IMG/VR virus record: IMGVR_UViG_3300026457_000013
Location: 18,253-82,252 of that record
Length of the DNA stretch: 64,000 nucleotides
From: a virus
Reading direction: 5' to 3' (one strand)
Below the pieces are notes generated by a model, which was given only the letters and a program-made list of their open reading frames with translations, did no database searches and was not told the origin of the DNA. Each line of letters starts with the position of its first letter. Position 1 is the stretch's first letter. The position numbers were made by a program, and so were the translations under genes. Below, piece after piece: positions 34,205 to 47,889 of the stretch.

Positions 34205-37200
34205 ATGGCATTAACAATTACACCAGGTCCAAAATCTTTAGAATTATATTTTACTGTACCCACAGGCAAGATATATATTGATGATGATACTAACAGTCCT
34301 CTATCTACTCAGGTAGAGGAATTAGTACAGCGCGATGACCTAGTTAACTTAAAAGTTTGGGCTAGTACAACTAGTGGTTTTACACCAGATGCTAGTACAC
34401 TAAAATATGACGCTACTTTTCAAAGCAAGCTAACACTAACAGATTTATTAGCTAATACAACCTATTATGTAAAGTACGCCTATATTAGTAAAATAGATCC
34501 TGATAGTTATACTATATCAGCTCAATCAAGTGCTACTACAGAAAGCGGAGTAGCACTACTAACACTTGACCCTACTGATTGGGCTTTTATTTTTGATAAT
34601 AATTTGGCTACCACAGCCAATTATCCCGCTAGTATTACGTTTACCGCAAATAAACAAAATATAACAGGTGCAGTAACATTTACAGCTACTGCATATAATA
34701 GTAGTAATACTAGTTTAGGCAGTATTACACTAACTGGCACCGGCGATATTAGAACACTTACTGCAGCTAACTTTAATAGCTTAGGCACAACTACAGTTAG
34801 ATATGTAAAAGTAGTTGCTACGCTAGGAACACTTAGTGATACTGTGACTATTTGGCGTGGTGATAATGGTAGTGATGCACTAACATTTTTATTAACTAAT
34901 GAATCACATACAGTACCAGCAGATAGTAGTGGTAGTGTAACTAGTTATACTGGTGCAGTTACATATGCTGCAATATTTCGTGGCATTACTAATGAAACAA
35001 GTTTATGGACTATTACTAAAAGTGATGGGACCGGTTTAACGACCACATTAACTGGCACAGGCACTAGTAATATAACGCTTACTGTCAACACATTAGCTAG
35101 TGGAACAGATAGTGCAATTAGCACAATTACTGCTACTAGAACAGGTTACCCTACATTAACAAAAGACTTTTCTATTAGTAAAAGTAAGGCGGGTACTAAT
35201 GGAACCAATGGTTTACCAGGAGCCACAGGTCCAACCGGCCCACAAGGTAATCCAGGCAGTGCCGGTACAACTGGACTAGAGGGTATACGTACTATAACAG
35301 CCTATAGATTACGTAGTCAAAGTGATGCACTACTAACAACAGCACCCAGCAATACTAGTGGTGCAACCGCTCCTGTAGATTATAGTCTAACAGCACCTAG
35401 TGCTACAGTTGGTCAAGTAGTTTGGTATAGTTTTGGCAGATATAATCCTAATGCTACTACCTTAGAAAGCATACCAGCAAATACTACAATATGGAGTGTA
35501 CCAATTGCTGCTAGTGTATTTCAAGATATACGCAGTGATAACTGGACTGGAGGCACACCTAGTGGCGGTACATTTACTAGCAATACAGGATATTATTTAA
35601 ACAGAACTGAAGGAAGCTTATACGCTACTAATGCATATTTACGTGGTCAATTAGTAACAGGTGTAAGTGGTGCTCAGCGCATTGAAATAAATAAAACTGA
35701 TGCTAATAAAGTAGCTATTTATAATAATTCCGATGAATTACTAGGTTATTTTGGTGGTCTTGGAACAAGCGCTTCACCATTACTAAATCTTACTCCAGTA
35801 TTAGGACTTTTTAATGTTGTATATGGAGCTATAACCGTACTTCCAAATCCTGCTGGTACAATAGGCGAATCCGCCGCTTATTTTGCTAGAACTATAGACT
35901 CAACAATTACTAGCGAACTAGGCAGTTGGACTACCAATTATGGCGTAACAGTAAAAAAAGGTGCCTATGGTTCCGTTAATTATGGATACCTAGCACAAGG
36001 ATATTTAGGATACTCTGACTCATCTAGTTATAGTGCGGCCGGTAGATTTTATAATGCTCAAGGTGGTACAGAAGTTTCAATTGGTGATTCAGCCGGATAT
36101 GCATTAAATATTCGTAGCGGAACTTTTAGATATGGTAGTGTAACTATTAGTGCGCCACCTAATAATACTACAACATATTTACGTGCTGATGGTACTTGGA
36201 GTAGTGTTTCTGGTTTACCTAGTGGTGGCACAGCTACACAAGTATTAATTGGTAACGGTACTTGGACTGATAGTCCACAACTTGTAAATCCTGCTGCAAG
36301 TGGTGGTTATTATGGTATTAGTGCTGGAGTTAGTAAGAAAATCTTAGACTATGACAATAGTGCTATGGCAACTATTGTTGGCAGAGAGATAACTAATGGT
36401 GGCTTTGTAATAACCAGTAATGCCGTTAGACCATTACAATTACGCAGCACAGCAGTAACAGATCTAGGAACTACCAGTGGTGGCGACTACACTTTTAGAA
36501 ACTTTGGTTGGGGCGGGTACCTAATACCTCCACCACCAGGCGGCACTGGCTCATTTTTACGAAGTGATGGTACCTGGGGCACAGCCAGCGGGCCACAAGG
36601 ACCTACAGGTCCAACAGGGCCGCAGGGCATAGCCGGTCCAACAGGCCCACAAGGTACGCAAGGTACGCAAGGAGTAGCAGGTCCTACAGGTCCACAAGGT
36701 ACGCAAGGAGTAGCAGGTCCTACAGGTCCACAAGGTACGCAAGGTACGCAGGGCACTCAAGGTACACAGGGAGTAGCAGGTCCTACAGGTCCTACAGGTG
36801 CAACTGGTACGGTTAGTGCCGGTACACTTACTTCTAACCTTACATTTCAAAAAGATGTACCCCAAATACTATTAAGATCAGCAGGTGCTGCAACACAGTG
36901 GTATATAGGTGCTAATATCAGTGATGGTGTAAATGACGGAATTCATATTGGTCAAGGTACAGGCATTGGCGGAACGCTAAGAGTAAATATAGATTATTTA
37001 GGTCGTATTAAAGTTCCAGAAGTATATAATACTACAGTAACAGGTCGCGATGTTTATGTAGATAGTTCAGGTATGCTTGGTTACTTAAGTTCAACACGTG
37101 CTAGTAAGACTAACATTAGCCCATTACCTAATACTAATTGGATATATAATCTGCAGCCAATAACTTTTAATTTTAAAAAGAAAGATAAGCTTGGTAGATA

Positions 37201-37402
37201 TACTAGTGATATAGAAACAGATATACAATATGGTTTAATTGCTGAGGATGTAGAGTTGGTAAATGACGAATTATGTATTTATGATATAATCGACGGTAAA
37301 AAAATTCTACAAGGTATTAGTTATTCAAAACTTATAGTTCCACTAGTAAAAGCAATTCAAGAGCTCAAATTAGAAATTGAATTGCTAAAAACACAAGTAT
37401 AA
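34205..37402 (+). CDS. tail fibre with collagen repeats and C-terminal peptidase S74 chaperone
   Basis: GPTGPQG repeats; [18 protein letters not shown] and [15 protein letters not shown]. Confidence 0.85.
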   Translation: MALTITPGPKSLELYFTVPTGKIYIDDDTNSPLSTQVEELVQRDDLVNLKVWASTTSGFTPDASTLKYDATFQSKLTLTDLLANTTYYVKYAYISKIDPDSYTISAQSSATTESGVALLTLDPTDWAFIFDNNLATTANYPASITFTANKQNITGAVTFTATAYNSSNTSLGSITLTGTGDIRTLTAANFNSLGTTTVRYVKVVATLGTLSDTVTIWRGDNGSDALTFLLTNESHTVPADSSGSVTSYTGAVTYAAIFRGITNETSLWTITKSDGTGLTTTLTGTGTSNITLTVNTLASGTDSAISTITATRTGYPTLTKDFSISKSKAGTNGTNGLPGATGPTGPQGNPGSAGTTGLEGIRTITAYRLRSQSDALLTTAPSNTSGATAPVDYSLTAPSATVGQVVWYSFGRYNPNATTLESIPANTTIWSVPIAASVFQDIRSDNWTGGTPSGGTFTSNTGYYLNRTEGSLYATNAYLRGQLVTGVSGAQRIEINKTDANKVAIYNNSDELLGYFGGLGTSASPLLNLTPVLGLFNVVYGAITVLPNPAGTIGESAAYFARTIDSTITSELGSWTTNYGVTVKKGAYGSVNYGYLAQGYLGYSDSSSYSAAGRFYNAQGGTEVSIGDSAGYALNIRSGTFRYGSVTISAPPNNTTTYLRADGTWSSVSGLPSGGTATQVLIGNGTWTDSPQLVNPAASGGYYGISAGVSKKILDYDNSAMATIVGREITNGGFVITSNAVRPLQLRSTAVTDLGTTSGGDYTFRNFGWGGYLIPPPPGGTGSFLRSDGTWGTASGPQGPTGPTGPQGIAGPTGPQGTQGTQGVAGPTGPQGTQGVAGPTGPQGTQGTQGTQGTQGVAGPTGPTGATGTVSAGTLTSNLTFQKDVPQILLRSAGAATQWYIGANISDGVNDGIHIGQGTGIGGTLRVNIDYLGRIKVPEVYNTTVTGRDVYVDSSGMLGYLSSTRASKTNISPLPNTNWIYNLQPITFNFKKKDKLGRYTSDIETDIQYGLIAEDVELVNDELCIYDIIDGKKILQGISYSKLIVPLVKAIQELKLEIELLKTQV

Positions 37403-37416
37403 ATATTGGAGTTAAA

Positions 37417-37719
37417 ATGAATTGGTCAATTATTAGATTAGAGGTTAAACCAAGTTACAATAATTTGCAAGATGTTGTAGTTTTAGTAAATTGGATGCTT
37501 ACAGCATCTAACAATGGTGTTACAGAAACTATAGAAGGTATTACACTAGTTGATCCACCAGGTGAAGTGTTTGTAGCCTATGAAAACTTAACACAAAATG
37601 AAATTTTTGATTGGGTATGGAACAAAATAAGTAAAACTGGAACAGAGGAATTATTAACTCAAAGAATACAAGATAAAATTACACCACCAACCGTTAATAA
37701 ACCACTACCGTGGAACTAA
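37417..37719 (+). CDS. tail fibre-associated small protein
   Basis: FVAYENLTQNEIFDWV and C-terminal PLPW; GGAG RBS. Confidence 0.7.
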   Translation: MNWSIIRLEVKPSYNNLQDVVVLVNWMLTASNNGVTETIEGITLVDPPGEVFVAYENLTQNEIFDWVWNKISKTGTEELLTQRIQDKITPPTVNKPLPWN

Positions 37720-37846
37720 ACAAATAAATTATATTAGATAATTAAAAAATTTTACATAACAAAACTACTATGACCTGGCGACTGAGCTGACTAAACCAAC
37801 TTGGATACCGCAAAAGGGTCTATAAAGAACTGAAAAAGTTCACGGT

Positions 37847-37884
37847 AATGCCCTGCTTAATATTGATTAAGCAGGGCATTTTTT
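37847..37884 (+). terminator. intrinsic terminator
   Basis: AATGCCCTGCTTAAT..ATTAAGCAGGGCATTTTTT. Confidence 0.85.
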
Positions 37885-37888
37885 ATAG

Positions 37889-37917
37889 TTGACAACCTCT
37901 TGCCCTTGTGCTATAAT
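37889..37917 (+). promoter_or_regulatory. promoter TTGACA-17-TATAAT for the accessory fibre operon
   Basis: Consensus; shares CCCTTGTGCTATAAT with the 23288 promoter. Confidence 0.85.
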
Positions 37918-38041
37918 ATACAAGAGTCAAAAAAGGTTTAAATATTTTTACTTGACAATAAGCAGTGCCACTAAAACACAGTTGGCAGCCTAGCTACAAC
38001 TAAACTTGTATCTTAATCACTGCTAACAAATAGGAGCTGCA

Positions 38042-38386
38042 ATGGAAGTCGTAGAAAATCACAGCCTGGTACAAACAATTAGCGTAGCAGCTATGGCTAT
38101 AATTGCACTATCAGTAGGAGTGCAAAAATTATTAAAAGACTGGCGTAGTACTGATGCAGAAACAAGTGTAATCAAGATGATGCATGAAGAGTTGGAGCGC
38201 ATGGGCCAGCATAATAGTAAGCTTACTGAAGAATTAACTAAGCTACAATTAGATATAGTTGAATTAAACAGTCAACTAACTAAACTTAGCATTGAAAATA
38301 ATAAGTTGCAGGAAGAAATTGCTGCGCTTACTACGGAGTTAAATAGTTTTAAGAAACTGGCAGCTCTTAGAAAGGTAAAGGTCTAG
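38042..38386 (+). CDS. membrane-anchored coiled-coil protein (holin-like candidate)
   Basis: One N-terminal TM segment then heptad repeats. Confidence 0.55.
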   Translation: MEVVENHSLVQTISVAAMAIIALSVGVQKLLKDWRSTDAETSVIKMMHEELERMGQHNSKLTEELTKLQLDIVELNSQLTKLSIENNKLQEEIAALTTELNSFKKLAALRKVKV

Positions 38387-38387
38387 T

Positions 38388-38987
38388 ATGGTTCCTGCAA
38401 AAGTTAATTATAAAATTTATCAGGGTACTACCTTTAAACAAGTATATCGCTGGGAAACCGATACCAAGTATTATGCTAATGTACAGTCTATAAGTAAGAG
38501 CGGACCTTGTATAATTACTACTAGTGCCGCACACAGTATACCACCTGGATGGCGTATTAGAATTACCAATGTTGGTGGTATGAAAGAAATTAATAGTACT
38601 GGTGATGATGATTATCATTTTGTTAATAATGTTACAGCCAGCACATTAACTGTTAATAGTATTAATAGTAGTGGCTATACTAATTATACTACTGGCGGAA
38701 CAGTAGAGTATTATGCTCCTTATCCGCTGCAATACTATAGTGCTGTATTACAAATTAGAGCAAATGTTAATAGTGATACAGTTATACTAGCACTAAATAG
38801 TGGAGCTGGTGGAGGCATTGTACTAGATACAAATAATAGTACAATAACAGTTACATTAACTGCTCAACAAACAGCGCAATTTAACTTTACTACTGCCGTT
38901 TACGGCATGGAATTAACAGATACTAGTGGCAATGTAACTCCGTTTATTGCTGGCAATATAACTGTGGTAAAGGATGTAATACGATGA
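38388..38987 (+). CDS. virion fibre-attachment protein (BppU N-terminal-like)
   Basis: [24 protein letters not shown] and GNITV pattern. Confidence 0.6.
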   Translation: MVPAKVNYKIYQGTTFKQVYRWETDTKYYANVQSISKSGPCIITTSAAHSIPPGWRIRITNVGGMKEINSTGDDDYHFVNNVTASTLTVNSINSSGYTNYTTGGTVEYYAPYPLQYYSAVLQIRANVNSDTVILALNSGAGGGIVLDTNNSTITVTLTAQQTAQFNFTTAVYGMELTDTSGNVTPFIAGNITVVKDVIR

Positions 38988-41533
38988 GTATTGTACAAAC
39001 TAATACCAGCACTATTGTAATTGATAATACACAAACCAGAGTTATTGCCGGCGGCATGATGGGCCCAACTGGGCCAGCCAGTACCGTAGTCGGTCCCACA
39101 GGGCCAACAGGTGCTCAAGGTATTGCAGGTCAGGGTATTAGTGTTAAAGGTACTGCAGCTACAGTAGCTGGTCTACCTAGCAGTAATAATCAAGATGCTG
39201 ACGCCTATATAGTAACACAAAATAATCACCTATATGTTTGGCAGGCTAGTACTAGTACTTGGATTGATGCTGGTGCTATTGTAGGACCACAAGGTGCTAC
39301 AGGTGCTATAGGCCCAACAGGTGCCACAGGCGTTATGGGTCCCACAGGTGCAGCTAGTAACATAGTAGGACCTACAGGTGCTACAGGACCCACAGGACCA
39401 ACAGGAGCAGCTAGCACTATAGCAGGTCCTACAGGACCTACAGGTGCTCAAGGTAACACAGGACCTACAGGTGCTCAAGGTGCAGCTAGTACTATAGCAG
39501 GACCTACAGGTCCACAAGGTCAAGGTGTACAATTAAAAGGCAGTGTTGCTACTGTTGTGCAATTACCTGCTAGTAATAATACAGTAGGTGACAGTTATGT
39601 TGTTACTCAAGATGGTCACCTATATGTATGGACAGGTAGTACCTGGGCAGACAGCGGTCAAATACAAGGTGCCACAGGCCCTACAGGTGCACAAGGTCAA
39701 CAAGGTGCTACAGGTCCTACAGGTCCTACAGGGCCAGTAGGTATACAAGGGGTACAAGGCCCAGCTAGCACAGTGCCTGGCCCTACAGGTAGCACAGGAC
39801 CTACAGGTGCACAGGGTATACAAGGGGTACAAGGCCCTGCCAGCACTGTGGCAGGCCCAACAGGACCTACAGGTGCACAAGGTATACAAGGTGTTCAAGG
39901 CCCAGCTAGTACAGTAGCAGGACCAACAGGGCCTACAGGCAGCACTGGACCTACAGGAGCTCAAGGTGCAGCTAGTACAGTAGCAGGACCTACAGGACCT
40001 ACAGGTGCTCAAGGTAACACAGGTCCACAAGGTGCAGCTAGTACAGTAGCCGGACCAACAGGGCCTACAGGCCAACAAGGTCAACAAGGTCCAGCAGGCC
40101 CAACAGGTAGTGCTAGCACTGTAGCAGGTCCTACAGGTCCCACAGGTGCAGCAGGTGCTCAAGGTATAGCAGGCACAGCAGGTGCAGCAGGTCCCACAGG
40201 CCCTACAGGAGCCAGCGGCGCTAGTGGCAGTCAAGGTGTGCAAGGGCCTACTGGTGCACTTGGACCACAAGGTCCTACAGGACCCACAGGTGCCAAAGGC
40301 AATGATGGTACCAGTGTACAAATTATTGGTAGTGTGGCTAGTGCAAGTAATATACCAGGATACCCTAATACGCATACAGGTGCTATAGGCGATGCTTACT
40401 TAGTAACCGCTGACAGTCATCTTTGGGTATGGACAGGTACTACGTGGCAAGATGTAGGAGTAATTAGTGGACCAACAGGTAGTACAGGTCCTACAGGTGC
40501 CACAGGTGCAGCTAGTACAGTAGCAGGTCCTACAGGTCCTACAGGTAATACTGGTCCACAAGGTATTAATATTACACTGCGTGGCGAAGTTGCACAAGTA
40601 GCTAACCTACCAGCCAGTAATAACACAGTTAATGATGCCTACATTGTTACTAGCACTGGACACTTATGGGTGTGGAATGGCAGTAACTGGTTTGATGCTG
40701 GCACAATTGTTGGACCACAAGGTCCTACAGGACCAGCTAGTACTGCACTAGGTCCTACAGGTGCTCAAGGTCTGCAAGGTCCAGCAGGACCTACAGGTCC
40801 CACAGGTGCTATAGGTCCACAAGGTGTTGTTGGTCCTACAGGTCCTACAGGTCCACAAGGTGCGGCTAGCACAGTAGCTGGTCCTACAGGTGCTCAAGGT
40901 GCACTTGGTCCCACAGGACCCACAGGTGCACAAGGTGCAGCTAGCACAGTAGCAGGTCCTACAGGTCCTACAGGTAGTATAGGTAATACAGGCAACACTG
41001 GTCCAACAGGACCAACAGGCCAACAAGGTACAGTAGCATTTACTTTTAGCGATACTGCACCAGTTAGTCCACAACTAGGTGATAGATGGATTGAAAGCAG
41101 TACTGGTATTGAGTATACTTATATAAATGATGGTAACTCACTACAGTGGGTAGAAACTAGAAACGGTTCACTAATTGGACCACAAGGTCCTACTGGCCCT
41201 AGTCAAAATCTTACACCCTATACTAGCGCAAATACTGGTGCGTTCAATCTTAGTAACAGCAATTATCAAATTTGGGCAGTTACTGGCGGTAATTACACTG
41301 TAAGTTTTACTAATTGGTTGGCTAGTGGTCAACTAACAGAATTGTTAATAGAAGCTCAAAATGTACAATCTAGTGGTGCAGTGATTACTTGGCCTACAAT
41401 AAACTGGATTAAGAGTGATGGCTCACTAACTACAACTTTTAGTCAATCTGGCATAGTTTTAACTAACTTAGACTTTATATTAATTTGGTCCAGAGATGGC
41501 GGAACCACTATTTATGGAAAGGTTATTAGATAA
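38984..41533 (+). CDS. collagen-like fibre protein
   Basis: Long Gly-X-Y (GPT) tracts separated by four LP..N..DAYIV...HLxVW modules. Confidence 0.9.
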   Translation: MSIVQTNTSTIVIDNTQTRVIAGGMMGPTGPASTVVGPTGPTGAQGIAGQGISVKGTAATVAGLPSSNNQDADAYIVTQNNHLYVWQASTSTWIDAGAIVGPQGATGAIGPTGATGVMGPTGAASNIVGPTGATGPTGPTGAASTIAGPTGPTGAQGNTGPTGAQGAASTIAGPTGPQGQGVQLKGSVATVVQLPASNNTVGDSYVVTQDGHLYVWTGSTWADSGQIQGATGPTGAQGQQGATGPTGPTGPVGIQGVQGPASTVPGPTGSTGPTGAQGIQGVQGPASTVAGPTGPTGAQGIQGVQGPASTVAGPTGPTGSTGPTGAQGAASTVAGPTGPTGAQGNTGPQGAASTVAGPTGPTGQQGQQGPAGPTGSASTVAGPTGPTGAAGAQGIAGTAGAAGPTGPTGASGASGSQGVQGPTGALGPQGPTGPTGAKGNDGTSVQIIGSVASASNIPGYPNTHTGAIGDAYLVTADSHLWVWTGTTWQDVGVISGPTGSTGPTGATGAASTVAGPTGPTGNTGPQGINITLRGEVAQVANLPASNNTVNDAYIVTSTGHLWVWNGSNWFDAGTIVGPQGPTGPASTALGPTGAQGLQGPAGPTGPTGAIGPQGVVGPTGPTGPQGAASTVAGPTGAQGALGPTGPTGAQGAASTVAGPTGPTGSIGNTGNTGPTGPTGQQGTVAFTFSDTAPVSPQLGDRWIESSTGIEYTYINDGNSLQWVETRNGSLIGPQGPTGPSQNLTPYTSANTGAFNLSNSNYQIWAVTGGNYTVSFTNWLASGQLTELLIEAQNVQSSGAVITWPTINWIKSDGSLTTTFSQSGIVLTNLDFILIWSRDGGTTIYGKVIR

Positions 41534-41578
41534 TGAATAATACGCTTTCTATAAGAGTTATTAAGCATTGGAAAAATT

Positions 41579-43339
41579 ATGCCAGATATTAATTTTCCAT
41601 CAAATCCTAGTGTTAATGATACCTATAGCTTTAATGGACGTACTTGGAAATGGAACGGCAAAGGCTGGGAATCATTAAACACAGGTCAAGGAGTTCAAGG
41701 ACCAACTGGGCCAACTGGTCCGGCTAGTACAGTAGCAGGCCCTACAGGTGCACAAGGTATAGCAGGTCCTACAGGTCCTCAAGGTGCAGCTAGTACAGTA
41801 GCTGGTCCCACAGGGCCACAAGGTAGTGCAGGAGCAGCAGGACCTACAGGTCCTCAAGGTGCAGCTAGTACTGTAGCAGGTCCAACAGGACCACAAGGTA
41901 GTGCAGGTCCTACAGGTGCTAGTGGAGCAGCAGGACCCACAGGACCACAAGGTACAGCAGGCAGTGCAGGACCCACAGGACCACAAGGTACAGCAGGCAG
42001 TGCAGGACCCACAGGACCACAAGGTACAGCAGGTACAGCAGGTCCTACAGGTGCACAAGGTACAGCAGGCCCTACAGGTGCAGCAGGTCCAACAGGTGCC
42101 ATAGGACCAACCGGTGCACAAGGTGCAGGCAGCGCAGTTAGTGTTAGTGATGAAGGCACACTGTTAACTAGCAACGTAACTAGCTTTAATTTTGTTGGCA
42201 GCGGAGTAACCGCAACTAATACTAGTGGAGCAGTTACAGTTACAGTTAGTGGTGGCGGTGGTAGTGGAGCTACTTATGCTATTAGTGCTGAAACAGCCAC
42301 AGGCGGTGCTAACTTACGATTAACTGGCAGCGATGCTAGCACAGACGACGTTAAATTACAGGCTGGCGATAATGTAACCATTACTAGAAACGACGCAAAT
42401 ACTATTACTATTGCTAGTACTGGTGGTGGGGGTGGTAGCAGTGGACCAGTCTTAGAAACTAGCCAAACTATTACTACACCATATATAATTACTAATGGTA
42501 AAAACGCGCTAAGTGTTGGACCAGTAACTATTGGTGCAGGTGCTAGTATTACTATACTACCAGGTCAACGTTGGTTAGTAGCTGGCGATACTGGCATGTC
42601 TAGCAGTGTTACTGGTGTAGGAGGTGCTAGCGGCACTGTGCAAAGTGTAAATATATCTGGTGGAACCACAGGTCTTACAGCGACTGGCGGACCTATAACC
42701 ACTACAGGAACTATTACGCTTGCTGGTACTTTAATTCCTGCAAATGGTGGTACAGGACAAACAACTTTTACTAATGGTCAATTATTAATTGGTAACTCTA
42801 CCGGCAATACACTTACTAAAGCAACCCTAACCGCTGGTTCAGGCATAGATATTACTAATGGTAATGGTTCTATTACAATTGCTTTATCGGCTGGTGGTGG
42901 GGTAGCATATTCAACTTATACGTATACCGGAGACGGTAGTACAACCACATTTGCCGCCGTTAGCGGAATTACTGTAAATAATATTCTAGTATTAGAAAAC
43001 GGTGTTACACAAGTACCAACTACTGATTATACTGTTTCAGGTAGTAATGTAGTATTTACCACTGCTCCTGCAACCGGTGTGAACATTCAGATTCGTGTAA
43101 TGGGTGGAGGCGGTGGCGGTAGTGTACAGCAAATATCAACTGGTGCTGGATTAACTGGCGGACCAATTACTACTACAGGAACTGTTAGCCTTGCCACCAG
43201 CGGCGTTACCGCAGGCAGTTATACAAATGCTAATATTACAGTAGATACTTATGGTAGAATTACTTTAGCAGCTAACGGTAGCGGTGGTGGAATAACAACA
43301 GGAAAGGCTATTGCCATGGCAATGGTATTTGGAGGATAA
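41579..43339 (+). CDS. collagen-like fibre protein
   Basis: INFPSNP..TWKWNG N-terminus; GPT tracts; fibre repeats. Confidence 0.85.
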   Translation: MPDINFPSNPSVNDTYSFNGRTWKWNGKGWESLNTGQGVQGPTGPTGPASTVAGPTGAQGIAGPTGPQGAASTVAGPTGPQGSAGAAGPTGPQGAASTVAGPTGPQGSAGPTGASGAAGPTGPQGTAGSAGPTGPQGTAGSAGPTGPQGTAGTAGPTGAQGTAGPTGAAGPTGAIGPTGAQGAGSAVSVSDEGTLLTSNVTSFNFVGSGVTATNTSGAVTVTVSGGGGSGATYAISAETATGGANLRLTGSDASTDDVKLQAGDNVTITRNDANTITIASTGGGGGSSGPVLETSQTITTPYIITNGKNALSVGPVTIGAGASITILPGQRWLVAGDTGMSSSVTGVGGASGTVQSVNISGGTTGLTATGGPITTTGTITLAGTLIPANGGTGQTTFTNGQLLIGNSTGNTLTKATLTAGSGIDITNGNGSITIALSAGGGVAYSTYTYTGDGSTTTFAAVSGITVNNILVLENGVTQVPTTDYTVSGSNVVFTTAPATGVNIQIRVMGGGGGGSVQQISTGAGLTGGPITTTGTVSLATSGVTAGSYTNANITVDTYGRITLAANGSGGGITTGKAIAMAMVFGG

Positions 43340-43340
43340 T

Positions 43341-43712
43341 ATGGCAGCACCAAATATAGTCAATGTTACAACCATTATTGGTAAAACCGTTGGTAAGGCC
43401 CTTACTGCAAGTTTATTAGATATAGTAACTAATAGTGCAGCCAGTAATAAAGTATTTAAGATAAATAGTATTATTGTGTCTAACGTACACGGAACTAATA
43501 ACGCCGAAGTTAATGTAGTATTTTATGATAGCAGTGAAGGTGCTGGAACAAATTTTTATCTAGCTAAAACAATAATTGTACCTGCCGATTCCAGCCTTGT
43601 AGTTATTAGCAAAGATGCTAATATTTATCTAGAAGAAGGTGATATAGTTCGTGCACAAACTACAGCTACTAGCCTACTAGAAATAGTAGTAAGTTATGAG
43701 GAGATTAGCTAA
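43341..43712 (+). CDS. virion structural protein (MAAPNIVNV-type)
   Basis: GGAGG RBS before 43341; beta-rich. Confidence 0.75.
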   Translation: MAAPNIVNVTTIIGKTVGKALTASLLDIVTNSAASNKVFKINSIIVSNVHGTNNAEVNVVFYDSSEGAGTNFYLAKTIIVPADSSLVVISKDANIYLEEGDIVRAQTTATSLLEIVVSYEEIS

Positions 43713-45733
43713 TGCGCGGTAATGGCGGCATTATTGGAGCTGCTAATCAACCAACCGTTAGCTCTGCTAAAGGCATTTGGTCTTTAATGGAGCAACTAGT
43801 AGCTAAGCAAAGCGGCACTTGGCCAGTATTTGGCTACACCGTCATCCAAACCTTTACAGCTACCAGTACGTGGACTTGCCCTGCTGGGGTGACAGAGGTT
43901 GAGTATTTGGTTGTCGCTGGTGGGGGTGGGGGTGGAACGGGGATAGGCGGTGGCGGCGGTGCGGGTGGATTTAGGACGGGAACAGGTTTATCTGTCACTG
44001 CGGGAACTGATTACACTATTACTGTTGGTGGAGGCGGCGCTAGATCAACAGGCTCGCCTGGAACTATTGGCAATAATGGTACGGATAGTTCTATTGCTGG
44101 ATCGCCGATTACGGAAAACCCCTCTGGAGCCGGTACAAATACTTTCAAGGCTTATGGCGGTGGCGGTGGCGGTGGTTTTCTTGTTCCGGGAAGTCCTGCT
44201 CCTTACGGAACCGTAACGGGTGCTAATGGTGGTTCTGGGGGTGGAAGTTCGCATACAGGAAATTCATCTTCTGGAAATGGAAATACACCATCAACATCTC
44301 CTTCGCAAGGGTCAAACGGCGGTGTTGGTTCTGGCCCTGGCACTTCCTATGCAGCAGGAGGTGGCGGGGGTGGTGCTAGTGGCGCAGGAAGTGCAGCGGC
44401 AGCGGCCACGAGTTCGGCTGGCGGGAATGGTGGCGCAGGAACAGCATCAACTATTTCTGGAAGTAGTGTTACTTATGCTGGTGGCGGCGGTGGAGGAACG
44501 AATACGGTTTCTCCAAAAACTGGCGGCACTGGCGGCACTGGCGGAGGTGGAAATGGTTCAGCTACTGCTAGTGTTGCTGGAGGCGACGGCACAGCAAACA
44601 CAGGTGGTGGGGGTGGTGGTGGTTATGGTGATACTCCTGCTAACAAAACAAACGGCGGCACAGGCGGCTCCGGTATCGTCATCCTAAAGTACACCGTACC
44701 TAGCCAAACCGTCTTTGTATTCAAAGGCACGACTACGTGGAAATGCCCGACAGGTGTAACCAGCGTTGACTATCTTGTGGTTGCGGGTGGCGGTGGTGGT
44801 AATGGATATTATGCCGGAGGAGGGGGCGCTGGTGGCCTTCGTACTGGAACAGGATTAAGTGTTACAGCAGGAACCGACTACACAATCACTGTCGGCGGTG
44901 GCGGGGGTTATAACACAAACGGTTCCAATTCAGCCTTTGGCCCTATTACTTCACTCGGAGGTGGTTTTGGGGCTCGTGGCGGTGGAAATTTTGGTGGTAA
45001 CGCAGCCAGTTCTGGGGGTTCTGGTGGTGGTGGTGGGTCAACAAGTGCATTTACAGCAGCTGGAACAGGGAACCCATCTGCATCCGGTACGGCATCGTCT
45101 ATTTCTGGAACTACGCTTACTGTTGGTGGGACAGTAACAAATACATTTTTAGTTGGAATGATTCTTAGCGGAACTGGTGTAACTGCTGGAACCACAATAA
45201 CAGCTCTAGGAACAGGAACAGGCGGAGCGGGAACATATACTGTTAGCGCAAGCCAAACTGTTTCAAGCACAACAATTACAGGCGCTTTAAGCGGAACAGG
45301 TATTAGCGCAAGACAGGGCTATGATGGAGGATCTTCTGCTGGCCCTAGCGGTAATTATGGTTCGGGCGGCGGCGGCGGATCTGGTGGGGCCGGAGCAAAT
45401 GGTGGGACGGTTGGTGGTAATGGTGGGGCGGCAACGGCATCTAGTATAACCGGCTCTTCCATATATTATGCTGGCGGTGGTGGTGGAGCTGTTGCTAATG
45501 GTTCTGGGTATTCAATGGGTTTAGGTGGAGGAACATCAACTACTTCACAAAAAGGTGGCGGCGGGGATGGAAGTATTAGTGGAGTTAGTTCCGGATTTAC
45601 ATTAACCGCCGCTACGCCAGGAACTACAAATACCGGAGGCGGGGCTGGTGGCGGCAGTGGGCAGCTAAACCCAAATAATGATGTAGCAACAAACGGCGGC
45701 TCCGGTATCGTCATCATAAAAATAAATCAATAA
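43712..45733 (+). CDS. glycine-rich domain virion protein (two [10 protein letters not shown] modules)
   Basis: [13 protein letters not shown]...GGSGIVI occurs twice. Confidence 0.8.
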   Translation: MRGNGGIIGAANQPTVSSAKGIWSLMEQLVAKQSGTWPVFGYTVIQTFTATSTWTCPAGVTEVEYLVVAGGGGGGTGIGGGGGAGGFRTGTGLSVTAGTDYTITVGGGGARSTGSPGTIGNNGTDSSIAGSPITENPSGAGTNTFKAYGGGGGGGFLVPGSPAPYGTVTGANGGSGGGSSHTGNSSSGNGNTPSTSPSQGSNGGVGSGPGTSYAAGGGGGGASGAGSAAAAATSSAGGNGGAGTASTISGSSVTYAGGGGGGTNTVSPKTGGTGGTGGGGNGSATASVAGGDGTANTGGGGGGGYGDTPANKTNGGTGGSGIVILKYTVPSQTVFVFKGTTTWKCPTGVTSVDYLVVAGGGGGNGYYAGGGGAGGLRTGTGLSVTAGTDYTITVGGGGGYNTNGSNSAFGPITSLGGGFGARGGGNFGGNAASSGGSGGGGGSTSAFTAAGTGNPSASGTASSISGTTLTVGGTVTNTFLVGMILSGTGVTAGTTITALGTGTGGAGTYTVSASQTVSSTTITGALSGTGISARQGYDGGSSAGPSGNYGSGGGGGSGGAGANGGTVGGNGGAATASSITGSSIYYAGGGGGAVANGSGYSMGLGGGTSTTSQKGGGGDGSISGVSSGFTLTAATPGTTNTGGGAGGGSGQLNPNNDVATNGGSGIVIIKINQ

Positions 45734-45741
45734 GAGGGTCT

Positions 45742-45996
45742 ATGACAACAAAGGTATTTAGGTTTCTGGGGATTGACACAGCCATGCACTTGCTTCGTCC
45801 GGGTGCTAAGTGGGAAATCTCTAACAACGTCTTTACACGCTGGGATGATCCTAGACCTTGTCCGAGTATTGAAGAAGTCTATTGGGTGATAGACAAGATC
45901 AGAGAGTTTGAAGATTCAATCCCTACGATCTGGCTACCTGAACAGTTAGAAGAAATGGGCATCAAGCAAAAGGAAATTGAAGATGCAATTGCATAA
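45742..45996 (+). CDS. XkdW-like small protein
   Basis: LRPGAKW..WDDPRPCPS. Confidence 0.55.
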   Translation: MTTKVFRFLGIDTAMHLLRPGAKWEISNNVFTRWDDPRPCPSIEEVYWVIDKIREFEDSIPTIWLPEQLEEMGIKQKEIEDAIA

Positions 45997-46585
45997 TCTG
46001 TTTCCGACACCTGTAGGCTTTGCTGAGCTAGGTCGTTCATTAAGCGATGAGGAGTTGTTCTTCATCCGTGAGTTACAGACAAGACCGAATCAGGGAAATA
46101 CGACAAGCACTGATAACTTCGTACTTCGTAACCCTGTGCTGACGAATCTACGTTCGTTCATCGAGGATGCTGTTTCGGAATACTTCAAGTCCACAGTCAA
46201 TCCTAAGCACAATGTAAGTCTGAGAGTGACGCAAAGCTGGTGCAACTATAGCGAGCAAGGTCAGTACCACCACAAACACGCACATCCCAACAGCTATATC
46301 AGTGGCGTGTTTTATGTGCAAACAAACCCTGATGATCGGATTTACTTCTACAAAGATGGCTGGCAGCAAATTAAGTTTCCACCACAAGAGTGGAACGCAT
46401 ATAATAGCGAAAGCTGGTGGTTTGAGGTTACTGCTGGCAAGCTAATATTATTTCCATCGTCACTAACCCACATGGTTCCTGAAATTAAAGGTGAAGATAC
46501 TCGCATCTCACTATCGTTTAACACTTTTCCAGTTGGTGTAGTCGGAGAAGAAATGGACTTAACTGGACTTAAATTGGAAATTTAA
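45983..46585 (+). CDS. 2OG-Fe(II) oxygenase (TIGR02466-like)
   Basis: LFPTP, HAHPNSYISGVFYV, LFPSSLTHMV and RISLSFN. Confidence 0.85.
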   Translation: MQLHNLFPTPVGFAELGRSLSDEELFFIRELQTRPNQGNTTSTDNFVLRNPVLTNLRSFIEDAVSEYFKSTVNPKHNVSLRVTQSWCNYSEQGQYHHKHAHPNSYISGVFYVQTNPDDRIYFYKDGWQQIKFPPQEWNAYNSESWWFEVTAGKLILFPSSLTHMVPEIKGEDTRISLSFNTFPVGVVGEEMDLTGLKLEI

Positions 46586-46588
46586 CCT

Positions 46589-46951
46589 ATGGCACATTTT
46601 GCAAAAATTGACGAAAATAACCTAGTTACTCAAGTAGTTGTTGTAGACAATCGTGATACTAGTGATAGTAGTGGTGTTGAGCGTGAGCATATTGGTGCTG
46701 CTCACTTAGAAAAAATTCTTGGTGGAACTTGGCGGCAAACTAGTTATAACGGCAATTTTCGCAAAAACTATGCTGGCATAGGTTATACTTACGATAGCGT
46801 AAGAAATGCATTTATTCCACCTAAACCGTTTAACAGCTGGCAATTAGACGAACAAACGTGTCAGTGGACAGCACCTCAACCATATCCACAAGATGGACAA
46901 ATGTATAGTTGGAACGAAAATACCACAAGTTGGCAAAGGACTGAACTATGA
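46589..46951 (+). CDS. fibre-associated small protein
   Basis: [26 protein letters not shown]; paralog at 60104. Confidence 0.75.
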   Translation: MAHFAKIDENNLVTQVVVVDNRDTSDSSGVEREHIGAAHLEKILGGTWRQTSYNGNFRKNYAGIGYTYDSVRNAFIPPKPFNSWQLDEQTCQWTAPQPYPQDGQMYSWNENTTSWQRTEL

Positions 46952-47154
46952 CAACCAAAATCAATGATAAAAATATTGCTACAACTGGTGTTACAGCAGG
47001 CAGTTATACTAATGCTAATATCACAGTAAACAGTCAAGGGCAAGTTACACTAGCAGCTAATGGTACTGCTGGAGGTGGTAACACAGTAATTGATGGCGGA
47101 TTTCCAGATTCTAGCTATCTATCTATACTGGCTATTGATGGAGGTACTATCTAA
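46948..47154 (+). CDS. small fibre-repeat protein
   Basis: [14 protein letters not shown] shared with 41579-43339. Confidence 0.65.
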   Translation: MTTKINDKNIATTGVTAGSYTNANITVNSQGQVTLAANGTAGGGNTVIDGGFPDSSYLSILAIDGGTI

Positions 47155-47889
47155 TGCCACAACAAATTCAACTTAGACGAGGTACGGCAGCAGCTTGGAC
47201 TAGTGCAAATCCTACACTAGCTGCTGGTGAATTAGGTGTTGAAACCGACACCAATAAATTTAAGGTAGGCAATGGCAGTACTAGTTGGACTAGTTTGCCG
47301 TATGCTACCAAAGGTGATACAGGGCCAACAGGCCCAACTGGGCCACAAGGTACCACAGGCACCACAGGTGCCACAGGACCAACCGGGCCACAAGGTGCTG
47401 CTGGTAATGTTAGCACTAGTGTGGCAAATACCTTTACAGCAGCTCAAACCTTTAATAGTGGCAACCTAAAACTAGCTGGTAGTACCAGTGGCAGTGCAAC
47501 ACTTAATGCGCCTGCTGTAGCTGCTACAAATACATATACTCTACCAGTAGATACTAGCACCCTAGGCTATGTAAATACTCCTACCAATAGTCAAAGTGCT
47601 AACTATACCACTGTACTAGGTGATAGTGGAAAAACGCTTATACATCCTAGCACTGATGCTAGTGCTAGAATATTTACCATTGATGACACTAGCCTATGAT
47701 GCAGGCACAGTAATTACATTTATTAATCAAACTTCACAGCAACTAACTATTACTTGCTCAACAGCAAATAACTTATATCTAGCAGGCACAGGTACTCAGG
47801 GAAGTCGTGTACTAGCACAGTATGGTCTAGCAACTTGTGTTAAAGTAGCTACAAACTACTGGTTAATTAATGGAAACGGACTAACATGA
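47154..47889 (+). pseudogene. Mtd N-terminal-domain fibre protein split by a frameshift near 47688
   Basis: IQLRRGTAAAWTSANP N-terminus; ORF stops at IDDTSL*, and the domain continues as LAYDAGTVITFIN in another frame. Confidence 0.6.

Noticed and set aside
37960-38000. c-di-GMP riboswitch suggested by GGCAGCCTAGCTAC
   Set aside because: Lacks the GGCAAA / GNRA first stem and the GCAAAGC junction
36487-47469. Many antisense and alternative-frame ORFs rich in Pro, Cys and Thr over the collagen and Gly-rich genes
   Set aside because: Shadows of repetitive Gly-X-Y codons; no RBS or independent signal
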